A stretch of 59,005 bases of DNA, the filler included, from Stramenopiles sp. TOSAG23-2 (taxonomy: Eukaryota): NCBI GenBank assembly GCA_900128395.1. It is 3 parts of 3 records of this genome, joined end to end, with 100 filler letters (N's around TTAATTAATTAA, not from the genome) between each part and the next. Parts side by side here need not be neighbours in the genome. Positions count along the whole stretch, not along the records: positions 1 to 19,687 come from LT649576.1; positions 19,788 to 39,352 come from LT649578.1; 1 more part is not named here. The stretch is one strand, 5' to 3'. A program made the position numbers and the translations under genes. The notes beneath the pieces were generated by a model that made no database searches, was not told the origin of the DNA, and worked only from the letters and a program-made list of their open reading frames with translations. Of this stretch, positions 11,498 to 21,680 are shown in pieces. The number at the start of each line of letters is the position of its first letter. Positions within the stretch are counted from its first letter, which is position 1.

Positions 11498-13411
11498 TTA
11501 CAAACCATAAGACTCCAAGCGTGAGTCAGATATATTGTTCTTATGTTTCTTTCTTTTTTTCTTACTTTTTTTATTATTACTACCTTCAGCAAGATCCTTT
11601 CTTTTCATATTATTGCTATTATTGTTATCTCTTCCATTATTTTTTGCATCACCATCATTATTTTTACTTAAACCCTCCCTGTAAGATACCCTAAATTTCT
11701 TACGTGATTTACTACTAGCTTTCCATTTCAAATCTCTATATGGCGCTATTTTTTTCAATGGCACAAATTGTCCTAATAATTTGTCATCAGCAGTTAATAT
11801 TTCTTCTGTAGACAATCCATATGCATCTTTTTCAACTGTATGATATTTAAAACGTGTTGGCATTCCAGCAATAATATCTTCATAATCTAAATCATTTAAA
11901 CTTTTTGTGTGATCCACAATTGCTTTTTTTTTCATTTGATTCATATTTTTTATTTTTTCTTGATGTTCGTTATTATCATCATCATCATCATCAACAACAA
12001 CAGGACGCTCAACAATATTTGTTTTAAATTCTGCATCATCAGTTGCATCATCATCATCTACCATTTTATTTACAAATTCTTTTTCTCCTGCAGCTTCTGG
12101 ATCATATTCTTCATCTTCATAAAAATCATCGTTGTACATTTCTTTCATTTTCTTATCGAATTCATCTGGATCAAAATCACCATCCAACATGTTAACATCA
12201 AATTTAGACGATATTTGCCCATCTAAACCAACTTCTTTTTCAATATTTGCTAAGCGTCGTTCTAATTCTTTTCGTTTTAGATTTTTTAAACGTTTCAATT
12301 CTTCTCGCTTTTTTTCTTTTTCCAAACGTTTCCGTTGTTTTTTCTCATCTCGTTTTTTTTTACGTTTATCATCCGTCCTTCGCATGGTTCCTTCTACATG
12401 TCTTGCATGTGAAACGATCTCATTACTACCTGCCTGTTCGAATCGAAAGTTATAAGTTTTCTCAAACTCTTCAGCTTTCTCAACTGCATCTTCATCATCA
12501 TCATCATTTACAATCGAATTATTTTTCTCGTTATAAACGCGTTGCCCGATCCCACCCGTTGAAGCATCGTCCCAACGCCTATTTAAAATATAATCCCGTA
12601 AAAACTGCTCATTTTGATCTAAATCTTTTGTTTCGGCATAATACCTTTGCAATGCACCTCTCTCAGCCTCTGGTAATAATTCAGATTGATGTTTTTTACG
12701 CCATTCTTCTAATTCAGCTGCTTCCTTTGCTTTGTCTTCATCTGATTTTTTGACAATTGATAAAAAATCGTCTCCATCATCACCATCAACATCATTCTTT
12801 CCTTTCTTTTTCATGTTGTCATTATCCATATCATTATCATTTGTATCATTTTTGGCTTGTTTAATAAATGCTTGGCGTAACTCTTCTTGTTCTTGATTAT
12901 ATGTTTTTATTTGAGGATGATTGTCATCATTGTTCTTTTTTTCCATCTTCTCATCATCATCATCACCTTCACTGGCATATCCACGTTCAGCAGCTTCTTC
13001 CATTCGTTGTCTCATATAATCTTTATATGTCATAACTTTGTCTTTTTTTTTATCGCTGTTCTTTTTATTAGTAACTTTATTGTTTTCTTCATACCAATTT
13101 TTATTTTTATCATAAATAGCTGGATCACGTTCTTTAATCATTTGTAAAGTTCGAAATATACCAGCTTCAACGGATGGTGTAAGCAACTCTGCCCCTTCAT
13201 CCTCACTTTCACTACTGCTTTCATCACTATCACTATATTGATTGTTTAAATTATTTTTATCATTGTATCGTCTTCGTTTTTTCTCCAACTCTTTAATTTC
13301 TAATTGTCGTTTTTCATCTTCATATTTTTTTGCAAATTTTTTATTAATTGTAATAGATGTTGTAGTATTGCTATTGTCTTCCTCATCATCCGATAACCAT
13401 GATTTCGGCAT
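11498..13411 (-). CDS. KRI1: KRI1 homolog (40S ribosome biogenesis)
   Basis: INKKFAKKYE, IKERDPAIYD, EQFLRDYILNRRW, FEKTYNFRFE, and the C-terminal RFKY..YGLSTEEILTADD..FVPLKKIAPYR. Confidence 0.93.
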   Translation of the reverse strand: MPKSWLSDDEEDNSNTTTSITINKKFAKKYEDEKRQLEIKELEKKRRRYNDKNNLNNQYSDSDESSSESEDEGAELLTPSVEAGIFRTLQMIKERDPAIYDKNKNWYEENNKVTNKKNSDKKKDKVMTYKDYMRQRMEEAAERGYASEGDDDDEKMEKKNNDDNHPQIKTYNQEQEELRQAFIKQAKNDTNDNDMDNDNMKKKGKNDVDGDDGDDFLSIVKKSDEDKAKEAAELEEWRKKHQSELLPEAERGALQRYYAETKDLDQNEQFLRDYILNRRWDDASTGGIGQRVYNEKNNSIVNDDDDEDAVEKAEEFEKTYNFRFEQAGSNEIVSHARHVEGTMRRTDDKRKKKRDEKKQRKRLEKEKKREELKRLKNLKRKELERRLANIEKEVGLDGQISSKFDVNMLDGDFDPDEFDKKMKEMYNDDFYEDEEYDPEAAGEKEFVNKMVDDDDATDDAEFKTNIVERPVVVDDDDDDNNEHQEKIKNMNQMKKKAIVDHTKSLNDLDYEDIIAGMPTRFKYHTVEKDAYGLSTEEILTADDKLLGQFVPLKKIAPYRDLKWKASSKSRKKFRVSYREGLSKNNDGDAKNNGRDNNNSNNMKRKDLAEGSNNKKSKKKRKKHKNNISDSRLESYGL

Positions 13412-13771
13412 GATGTATTATAGTTGATGTTACGTGCGTTTGATATATCTATCTATCTATCGATCGATCTATACAGCTATATGTATCTAGTACTACTGAA
13501 TGCTCTGAGTGAGATGTGATGGTTGATACTGTCTTATAATCTACCTGATGTATCAACTATCTCTCTTCCACAATATTTCTTTTCAATTATAATTATTTCA
13601 ATTATGTATAGTTATAATTTTAATAATAATTTTGTGGACGAAAAAATAATAATAATTCGATGGTGGACGAGAATCGAGGAAGAAAAAAATGTTGTGAATT
13701 GGATAGGAAAAATAACGTTTGAAGTATACCAAATAATTGTACCAAACGAAAATTGCTGTATAAAAATCCCT

Positions 13772-13940
13772 AAACCGCATGACAAAACTGTACAAACCGC
13801 ATGACAAAAAACTGTACATTTAACACTATTCACTATGGGGGAAATATTCATAATTTTTTTCCTAATATTTTCGGATATTTGCTATTCACTATGGGGGAAA
13901 TATTCATCATGTTTTTCTAATATTTTCGGATATTTGCTAT
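13772..13940. repeat. Two adjacent short tandem duplications (~22-24 bp x2 and ~56 bp x2) in the KRI1/ADK divergent promoter
   Basis: aaaccgcatgacaaaa(aa)ctgtac occurs twice; ctattcactatgggggaaatattcat...tattttcggatatttg starts at 13826 and again at 13882. Confidence 0.85.
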
Positions 13941-14351
13941 TTTTTACACTTGGCATATGAAAAATAAAATTGGCATTTAAGAAAACGATAAATATATACA
14001 TATATTTCCCATCCAATAGTGAATGGTGTTAATTTGTGGGTCTTCGACACGGTTTACTGGTGGTAGTCTAGCACTGCTTATATGCCTACATATGTATTCT
14101 TTTTTCAGCGGCTTTCCAGCTTCCTTTTTTCCCTTCCTTCGTCGATAGCCACAAAAACACACAAAAACACAACAATTCAATTAGAACAAAAAGATATATA
14201 TCGATCTCTATACATGCGTATATATATATATATATATATATATAGAGTATAAAATACAGGATTATATATAGAGAACAAATAACCAATTAAGGAAACATTC
14301 ATTATTATTACAAAAGAATTATTATTATTATTATTTAAAAAGAAAAATACA

Positions 14352-15404
14352 ATGTCAGCAATATCAGAAAATGCAAATTATACAGGCACCTTACTTGGTA
14401 TGGGGAATCCTTTAATGGACGTATCAGCAAATGTTGGACAAGATATGTTTGATAAATATGGTTTAAAAGCAGGTGATGCCGTGTTACAAGAAGAGAAGCA
14501 AGCTGGTATTACAGAAGATTTGATGAACAACTTCAGTCCAGATTTGATTCCAGGTGGTTCCACTTTAAATGCTATTCGTGTATGCAATTGGATGTTAGGT
14601 TCCAATATGGCAACTGGTTTCACTGGTTGTGTCGGTACTGATTCATATGGTGAAACTATGGAAAAATTAGCTTTAAGTGAAGGTGTCAATGTTAACTTTT
14701 TAAAAACGGCGGAGCAACCAACTGGTACCTGTGCAACCTTTATCAAAGATGCCGAACGCTCATTATGTACAAATTTAGCAGCAGCTAATTTATTTAAAAA
14801 TGACCATTTACAAACGGAAGGCATGAAAAAGTTGATCAGCGAAGCAAATTATTATTACATTGCTGGATTTTTTTTAACTGTCGATGTTGCAAGTATGGAA
14901 CAAATCGCAAAACATTCCAGTGAAAATGATAAAGTGTTCATGATGAATTTATCCGCACCATTTCTAGTTGACTTTTTCGCTACGCAAATGAATACCATCT
15001 TACCATATGTTGATATTTTATTTGGAAATGAAGTTGAAGCTGCATCGTTTGCTAAGAAACAAGGTTGGGGTGAAATTTCCACAAGTGAATGTGCAAAACG
15101 TGCTGCAAGATTACCAAAAGCATCTGGTTCACGTCCACGCATCGTCGTATTTACACAAGGTAAAGATGCTACATGTGTTGCTATGAATGGTGAAGTTACT
15201 ACATATGATGTTGAATTACTACCAAAAGACAAATTAGTAGATACAAACGGTGCCGGGGATGCATTTGTTGGTGGATTTCTTTCTCAATTGGTACAAGGTA
15301 AAGATATGAAAACATGTGTATTAGCTGGACATTACTCTGCACGTGTTATTATTCAAGCTAGTGGATGTACTTTACCAAAAACAAGACCACAAATGAAATT
15401 ATAA
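14352..15404 (+). CDS. ADK: Adenosine kinase (PfkB family)
   Basis: GMGNPLMD, PGGSTLN, TGTCA, RSLCTNLAAAN, NLSAPF, FGNEVEA, DTNGAGDAFVGGFL. Confidence 0.96.
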   Translation: MSAISENANYTGTLLGMGNPLMDVSANVGQDMFDKYGLKAGDAVLQEEKQAGITEDLMNNFSPDLIPGGSTLNAIRVCNWMLGSNMATGFTGCVGTDSYGETMEKLALSEGVNVNFLKTAEQPTGTCATFIKDAERSLCTNLAAANLFKNDHLQTEGMKKLISEANYYYIAGFFLTVDVASMEQIAKHSSENDKVFMMNLSAPFLVDFFATQMNTILPYVDILFGNEVEAASFAKKQGWGEISTSECAKRAARLPKASGSRPRIVVFTQGKDATCVAMNGEVTTYDVELLPKDKLVDTNGAGDAFVGGFLSQLVQGKDMKTCVLAGHYSARVIIQASGCTLPKTRPQMKL

Positions 15405-15832
15405 AAATATTATTTAAATATACAAAGTGTGAGATACATCTAAACAAAATATCATATTAAGAAGCGTGTTTGATAGAGGGATTATAGTTGTAAGTGTGGT
15501 CGTAAAAATGTGTGTTTTTAAGAATATAAAAATACGCGTGGACAGAGAGTAGAAAGGTTTGTTTATTTTTAAAAATATATGATATGATATATATTATATA
15601 TATTTCACACAAAAAATAATTTTATAATAAAGTATTTTTACATATTATTTTAAAATGTTATTTCAAAACTTAAATTCAGTGCCTGGACTCTCCCGACATA
15701 CTGTCAAAAATAGTTTTACATATATATATACACACACATAATATGAGTAAGAGATAATTACACACACACACACACACACATAAAGACACGAACACAAACA
15801 CAATTCTTACGAACGTATATCTCTCTCTTACA

Positions 15833-16204
15833 TTATGATAAATCATCAAATTGGAATAGTGTATCTTGTGTATTATTTGCTGATTGATAACCAACTGTTC
15901 GATCTATTTCAATGGAAAACGATTCCTTTTTTCCACCAGATTCTTCTAATGCTAACGGTTGATTGAATTTCGGAATATGAATCGGTGCCGATCCTTTGTG
16001 AGTTGAAATACTTTTACGAGATCTTTTAACAGGACTAACAGGTATGTATTGTCCTAACCTTGTAAAAGTTGTATTTTCGTCAACAACGTTTGGACTAACT
16101 GATGCTTCAACAGATGATTTACCTAAATCAAATAAAGCTGGTGCGGTGCGTATACGTCTCAATGGATTTATCATGACTTTCGCCGCTAAAATTTGCTGTG
16201 CCAT
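15833..16204 (-). CDS. Small disordered protein with RRxxTAP, SAPIHIP and C-terminal FQFDD (TOS-like) motifs
   Basis: 123-aa ATG ORF with coding-like composition, converging on ADK; short linear motifs visible. Confidence 0.6.
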   Translation of the reverse strand: MAQQILAAKVMINPLRRIRTAPALFDLGKSSVEASVSPNVVDENTTFTRLGQYIPVSPVKRSRKSISTHKGSAPIHIPKFNQPLALEESGGKKESFSIEIDRTVGYQSANNTQDTLFQFDDLS

Positions 16205-17278
16205 ATGCAGTATGATGAAAGACGTATATAATAATAAATAATAAAATAGATTGTTTTTCTAACGATGATAACTCGTTTATCAACTAAAAGAATACTTATT
16301 TGTTAATATCAACTAAAATGTGTTTAATATAAAAAAAATAAACAACAATTTGCCACAAACAACAAAAAAACAAAAGTTATATATTTTCAAACAAGAAGAT
16401 GTGACAGATTCTACAAAACAATTAAAATAACAATAGAGCCTATATAATCAAATTAATATATATCAACTTTCGTATCTATATGTTAACAATAATACAAAAG
16501 TTGTTTAACCTCACTGTATCTATATATCACACACATATCTATATATATCACCCTTTTGTTGTATGAAAATTCCAATGGTATGTGCATGGTGCTTCGTGTT
16601 CATCCACAAGAAAATGTTTCGAGAGGGTAAAAATATGGAATTTAGAAGTATAGCGAAGATTCGTTCTTGATGTGCCGTGTGCTCTGACCAGCTGACGCCT
16701 TCCAGGCCTTCTTTCATCATTTGCCGCTGGAGATTGCTGGATTGATGCTAAACTCATCTTATAATATTGCGACGAGACTGAAAAATGAAACCTGAAAGAA
16801 GGTTGTAGTTATGCAAAAAAAAAAAAGAACGAATAGCACACGCGAAGAAAAGTGTGTGATGGAAATGCATCGTCATGTATGGCTTTTTGTGGCTTTTTAC
16901 GAACCCCCTATTTGCAATCATGACGATGGTATGCATGTATCTTTCATCACAGTGTACTTCATCATATTTTTTCACACAGATTTGGCCTCTATTGTATTAT
17001 GGTTATGTACACATCTGAAATATCTATAATAATACCTTATTATGAATTTAGGCTAGCCAGCTTGGCGAAAGGAGAAAAACTTCTCTTTCTTCTTCAAAAT
17101 AACAACAACATCAACAACAACAACCATTAAATTATTTACAAGGATATAAGTTCATTTATAGCATTATGCATTATGGTATTATATGTATATTTATATTCCA
17201 TATACAATAAACGAATTAAAACAGTGAAAGGCATTGCATTAATATATACTAGGCGATATATCATTAAATAATATAAAA

Positions 17279-18691
17279 ATGTACAAAGTAGTATTGTTTT
17301 ATAAATATATCAAATTAAATGCAAAAAATGAATCAGAAAAACAAATTAATTTAGGAGAAAAATTAGGGCTTTCTGGACGTATATTAATAGCTGAAGAAGG
17401 TATTAATGGGACTGTTGCTTCGTTAGCAAGAACAGAAACGCATAGTAATAACAACAACAATTGCCCGTTGGATGAATATATAAAATTAATGTCAGAAGAT
17501 ATACGCTTTAAAGATGTTGGTTGGAAAGTATCATTTTCAAATGTTGAACCATTTCCTGATTTTGTTGTTAAAAATCAAAAAACAATTATTAGTACAGGAA
17601 ATTATATTATTCCTCCACCAAATCCAGAAACATTTCCTGGCGGAAAACATTTAAAACCGGAAGAATTTCATAATGAATTGACAAAAGCATTAACAACACA
17701 TAAAGATGATTATGTTGTATTGGATGTTCGTAACAATCAAGAACATTTAATTGGTAATTTTCAAGGTAGTATTAATCCGAAAACACGTTTCTTCAGTGAA
17801 TGGCCAACATATATTGAAAAAAATTTAACATCAATCAAAGATAAGAAAATTTTAATGTATTGTACAGGTGGTATACGATGTGAAAAAGCAAGTGCATTTT
17901 TAAAATCAAAAGGATGTGAAGATGTTTCCCAATTACAAGGTGGTATTCATCGTTATTTAGAAACATATGAGAATGATGGTGGTGGTTATTGGGTTGGTAA
18001 AAATTTTGTATTTGATAAACGTGTTACACAACCAACCTCAGCTGCATCATCAAAAATTATTGTTGGAAAATGTTTTGAATGTAAAGATCCATTTGATGAA
18101 ATTGATGGTAGTACAGTATGCACTGTATGCCGTGATCATGTAATAGTATGTGGAAATTGTAAAATAAAATGCAAAAATGTTTATTATTGCAATAATCATT
18201 TATATTTAAAAGGAAAATATTATTATTTTATTGACAAATTTTCCATCGAAGAGTTAGAAATACAAATGAAAGAATTAAAAACAATTCATGAACAAATGTT
18301 AATGTTACCAACATCATCAACATCATCAACATCAATAACAACAACAACAACAACAGCAAATAATACGAATATTAATAATAATGATAACGTAATAATAAAT
18401 CATAAAAAGAAAAAGATAAATAATAATAATAATACTAGCAATGATGATTATGGTGCACCTCATCCAAAACGTATGAAAAAGAATATAAATAAAGAAAAAC
18501 GAAAACAAGGTACTAAAAAATTTAAAAACAAAAGACGTACTATTATGAAACAAATAACTAAAATTGAAAATCGTATAAAAAATTTAAAAAATGGTACATG
18601 TAGGATTGATATAAATGAAAAATGTCGTACGTGCATGAAAAATACAATGGAATGTAATGGAGAATGTTGGGGATTTTGGTCTAAAAAGTAA
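17279..18691 (+). CDS. TSTD2: Rhodanese-domain protein of the TrhO/UPF0176 (TSTD2-like) family
   Basis: VLFYKY, GRILIAEEGINGT, LDVRN, MYCTGGIRCEKAS, QLQGGIHRY, GKNFVFDKR, followed by a Cys-rich C-terminal region. Confidence 0.9.
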   Translation: MYKVVLFYKYIKLNAKNESEKQINLGEKLGLSGRILIAEEGINGTVASLARTETHSNNNNNCPLDEYIKLMSEDIRFKDVGWKVSFSNVEPFPDFVVKNQKTIISTGNYIIPPPNPETFPGGKHLKPEEFHNELTKALTTHKDDYVVLDVRNNQEHLIGNFQGSINPKTRFFSEWPTYIEKNLTSIKDKKILMYCTGGIRCEKASAFLKSKGCEDVSQLQGGIHRYLETYENDGGGYWVGKNFVFDKRVTQPTSAASSKIIVGKCFECKDPFDEIDGSTVCTVCRDHVIVCGNCKIKCKNVYYCNNHLYLKGKYYYFIDKFSIEELEIQMKELKTIHEQMLMLPTSSTSSTSITTTTTTANNTNINNNDNVIINHKKKKINNNNNTSNDDYGAPHPKRMKKNINKEKRKQGTKKFKNKRRTIMKQITKIENRIKNLKNGTCRIDINEKCRTCMKNTMECNGECWGFWSKK

Positions 18692-19687
18692 AAAAAATAT
18701 AAAATTTTTTATAAAAAATGTAAAATATTTACACACCGTCATGAATCGAGAAACGTAACGACGTACACCTTCGTATCATTATCATTAAATATTATTTTTT
18801 GTTTTTAAAATCGTACGAAGTTCGTAAAATACATTTCATCCATCATTTAAAATATATTATATTTCATGTTGTGTATATAAATATTTTTTCTCTTTCCTTT
18901 CTCTCCCTCGCGCTGCAGTATATTCTAAATCCGTCGCTGAAAATTCGCTTGCGAGTGTTAAAAGATCCTGGCAAAAACTTATTGACCCTAAACAATCTGA
19001 ACTACAAGGCATACTACTAATCATAGATAGACGACTATATACACACATGTTTTGATGTCGTCTAGGGCATATATATATATAAAATACGTTAAAAAATGTG
19101 TACATGTTGCAAATCATATGGTTCGAATTTACAGCAATAATAAAAATTAAAAACAATAGTGTCCTGTGTTATTTTATTAATTTTTGCTTGCTTTTCTATA
19201 CTTCAATTGTATCAAAAAATACAAACCTCTCTCCCAGAGCACAGGAATGGCATATTTAATTTTCATCATCATCATCAAAATCGGTCAAAAAAAGCAATAC
19301 TGTGCTGTTATAAACATAAATTAAAACTACACAGTATATGGAGAATTTTTGGCCCGGCTTCTCACTTCTTACATCGATTTCTTACCCTATCAACTGACCA
19401 ATAATTTATACTTGAATTGGAAATTAGAATATCAGAAAACTTCTCATCGGATGAGTTCACCATTATTATTTTAAGTTCTAAGAATGAATTTACGAAATAA
19501 AATATATATTTATAAACATAAAAATAGATATACATGCAGAGGAAGTACGAATCAAAATGCGAACCAGTAATAATAAGAGGAAGTAAATTGAGAATTGGTA
19601 ATAATAGATTAATTAAATTGAAAAAAAAAAACACAAGATGTTGTTTCGTACGATCAGTAAACAAAAATGTATTTTGCAACAATCCAT

Positions 19688-19787
19688 NNNNNNNNNNNNN
19701 NNNNNNNNNNNNNNNNNNNNNNNNNNNNNNNTTAATTAATTAANNNNNNNNNNNNNNNNNNNNNNNNNNNNNNNNNNNNNNNNNNNN
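19688..19787. other. Artificial contig spacer (N44-TTAATTAATTAA-N44)
   Basis: Exactly 100 bp with a six-frame stop linker; identical to 39353-39452. Confidence 0.97.
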
Positions 19788-20005
19788 TTTTCCCCCCCCC
19801 CCTTTTCCTTTTCCCTTTTTTCTCTCCCCCCCCCACCCCTGGGCAGAGCCCATCCAGGTCGTCCAGAATTCTTTTTTCTTCCTCCTCAATAACACAATGT
19901 ATATATTATATGTCGATATCGATTTGCAGGTAAGACATTCATCGAAAATCATAATCGATATATATGTACATATAAGATATTAATCACAACAAGAAAATAA
20001 AGAAC

Positions 20006-21358
20006 ATGTCGTCATCAACAACAACATCTTATACGAAATTGAATGATGTCGTAATACATGACGAAGAAATGGATTTAAAATATGATAATAATAATAATGA
20101 TAAAATAATAAATGAAACAAAAATAGACGATAAAAATAATATGGAAGATGATAATGATACAAAAGCAACATCTTCGTTTGGAAGTGCGGTGTTAAATACG
20201 TTTAATACGATGGTTGGTGTTGGTACGTTGTCGTTGCCATTCGCGTTGAGGCATGGTGGGTGGGTAATGTTAATTTTACTATTCGTTGTATATATATTAG
20301 CAACACAAGCTGCAAGATTAATTGGGATTATGATGGATGATGACCATAGTTTAAAATCATACGGGGATATTGCTATGAAAGCGTTTGGAAAACGTGGTAT
20401 GGCATTAGTTACACTTATATTTTCGATTGAATTATTTTGTGCATGTGGTATGTTTTTGGTATTAACAGGCGATACGCTAAATAGTATTTTTCCACAATAT
20501 TCACAACAAACATTTGTCCTGTTCAGTTCAATTTTTATGATCCCAACTGCTTTAACAACACGACTTGATTTTCTTGCGTATCTAAGTTTTTTAGGAATGA
20601 CAGGTAGTACAGTATTGCTTTTAGTCATTGTATATTTAGGTGGTAGAAGCAATGTAGAAGATGGATCGTATTTACATCCACAGCCTACTCGTATATGGAC
20701 AACGATTGAAGAAGCACCATTTTCAATTGGATTATGCATTGTTGGGTTTGCTGGCCATGCCGTATTTCCTAGTATTAAAAATTCTATGAAAAATAAAAAA
20801 TCCTATGGAAAAATGATGATTACAAGTTTTACATTAGCATTTATTTTTTATTTAACTGTTGCCATCTTAGGTTATTTAATGTATGGCGAAGATGTGGAAA
20901 AAGAAGTGGATTTGAATTTTCGTGAAGGTATTAACAACGGTAAACATGGTAAATTTACATTTGCTGTTTTTGCTGTATCATTAACGTCATGGCTTGTCGC
21001 AATCAATCCAGCTACTAAATTTGGTTTATGCATGAATCCAGTTGCTAAAAATTTAGAACAAATTTTTGGTGTTCAAAATAGTCCAATAAAGGTACTTTTA
21101 ATACGAATCATATTGTCTGGCTTATGTTTAGGCTTGTGTATCATTTTACCATTTTTCGCTAAAATGGCAAGTTTTATTGGAGCATTATGTTCCAGTTTTT
21201 CAAGTGTAATTTTTCCATTTTATGCATATTATACATTAAGTTATGAGAAATTAAATACATGGGAACGTTCTATGAATTTATTTATAGCATTTTTTGGATT
21301 TGTTATGTGTATAACTGGTCTGTTTGGTGTTATTGAATCATTTGAGTTACAGAATTGA
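20006..21358 (+). CDS. Amino acid transporter, AAAP/Aa_trans family (AVT1/SLC32-like)
   Basis: NTMVGVGTLSLPFAL..GGW, SYGDIA..AFG, FAGHAVFPSI..SM, GYLMYG; about 11 hydrophobic segments. Confidence 0.92.
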   Translation: MSSSTTTSYTKLNDVVIHDEEMDLKYDNNNNDKIINETKIDDKNNMEDDNDTKATSSFGSAVLNTFNTMVGVGTLSLPFALRHGGWVMLILLFVVYILATQAARLIGIMMDDDHSLKSYGDIAMKAFGKRGMALVTLIFSIELFCACGMFLVLTGDTLNSIFPQYSQQTFVLFSSIFMIPTALTTRLDFLAYLSFLGMTGSTVLLLVIVYLGGRSNVEDGSYLHPQPTRIWTTIEEAPFSIGLCIVGFAGHAVFPSIKNSMKNKKSYGKMMITSFTLAFIFYLTVAILGYLMYGEDVEKEVDLNFREGINNGKHGKFTFAVFAVSLTSWLVAINPATKFGLCMNPVAKNLEQIFGVQNSPIKVLLIRIILSGLCLGLCIILPFFAKMASFIGALCSSFSSVIFPFYAYYTLSYEKLNTWERSMNLFIAFFGFVMCITGLFGVIESFELQN

Positions 21359-21680
21359 GGGGTGTGTATGTGTGTGTGTGTGTGACTGTGTCAAAATGTG
21401 AAAAAAATAAAAGTATTTTTTAATTAAAAAAAAAAATAATATATTATTAAAAACAATTTATAAAATCTACATATATCCTACATCACGACGTGCGCGATGT
21501 TTTGTCTACCACCCTGTACCTGCCTGTGTCTGTTGACTGTGTACATTGAAAGGACGTATCGAGACGGCGTAGACACATACGCTTTTTTTATTATTTATAT
21601 TTAAAACAATATCATCATGTACACACACACTTATATCTTTTTTCCCTCTTCCCCTTCCCCCAATTCTTTTATTTTTATTT

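Noticed and set aside
19115-19135. GGTTCGAAT as a tRNA T-loop
   Set aside because: No T-stem or cloverleaf can be formed. I found no tRNA or rRNA gene in the window.
19788-19840. Poly-C/poly-T tract as a G-quadruplex element
   Set aside because: It is low-complexity sequence at a contig edge and may be unreliable.
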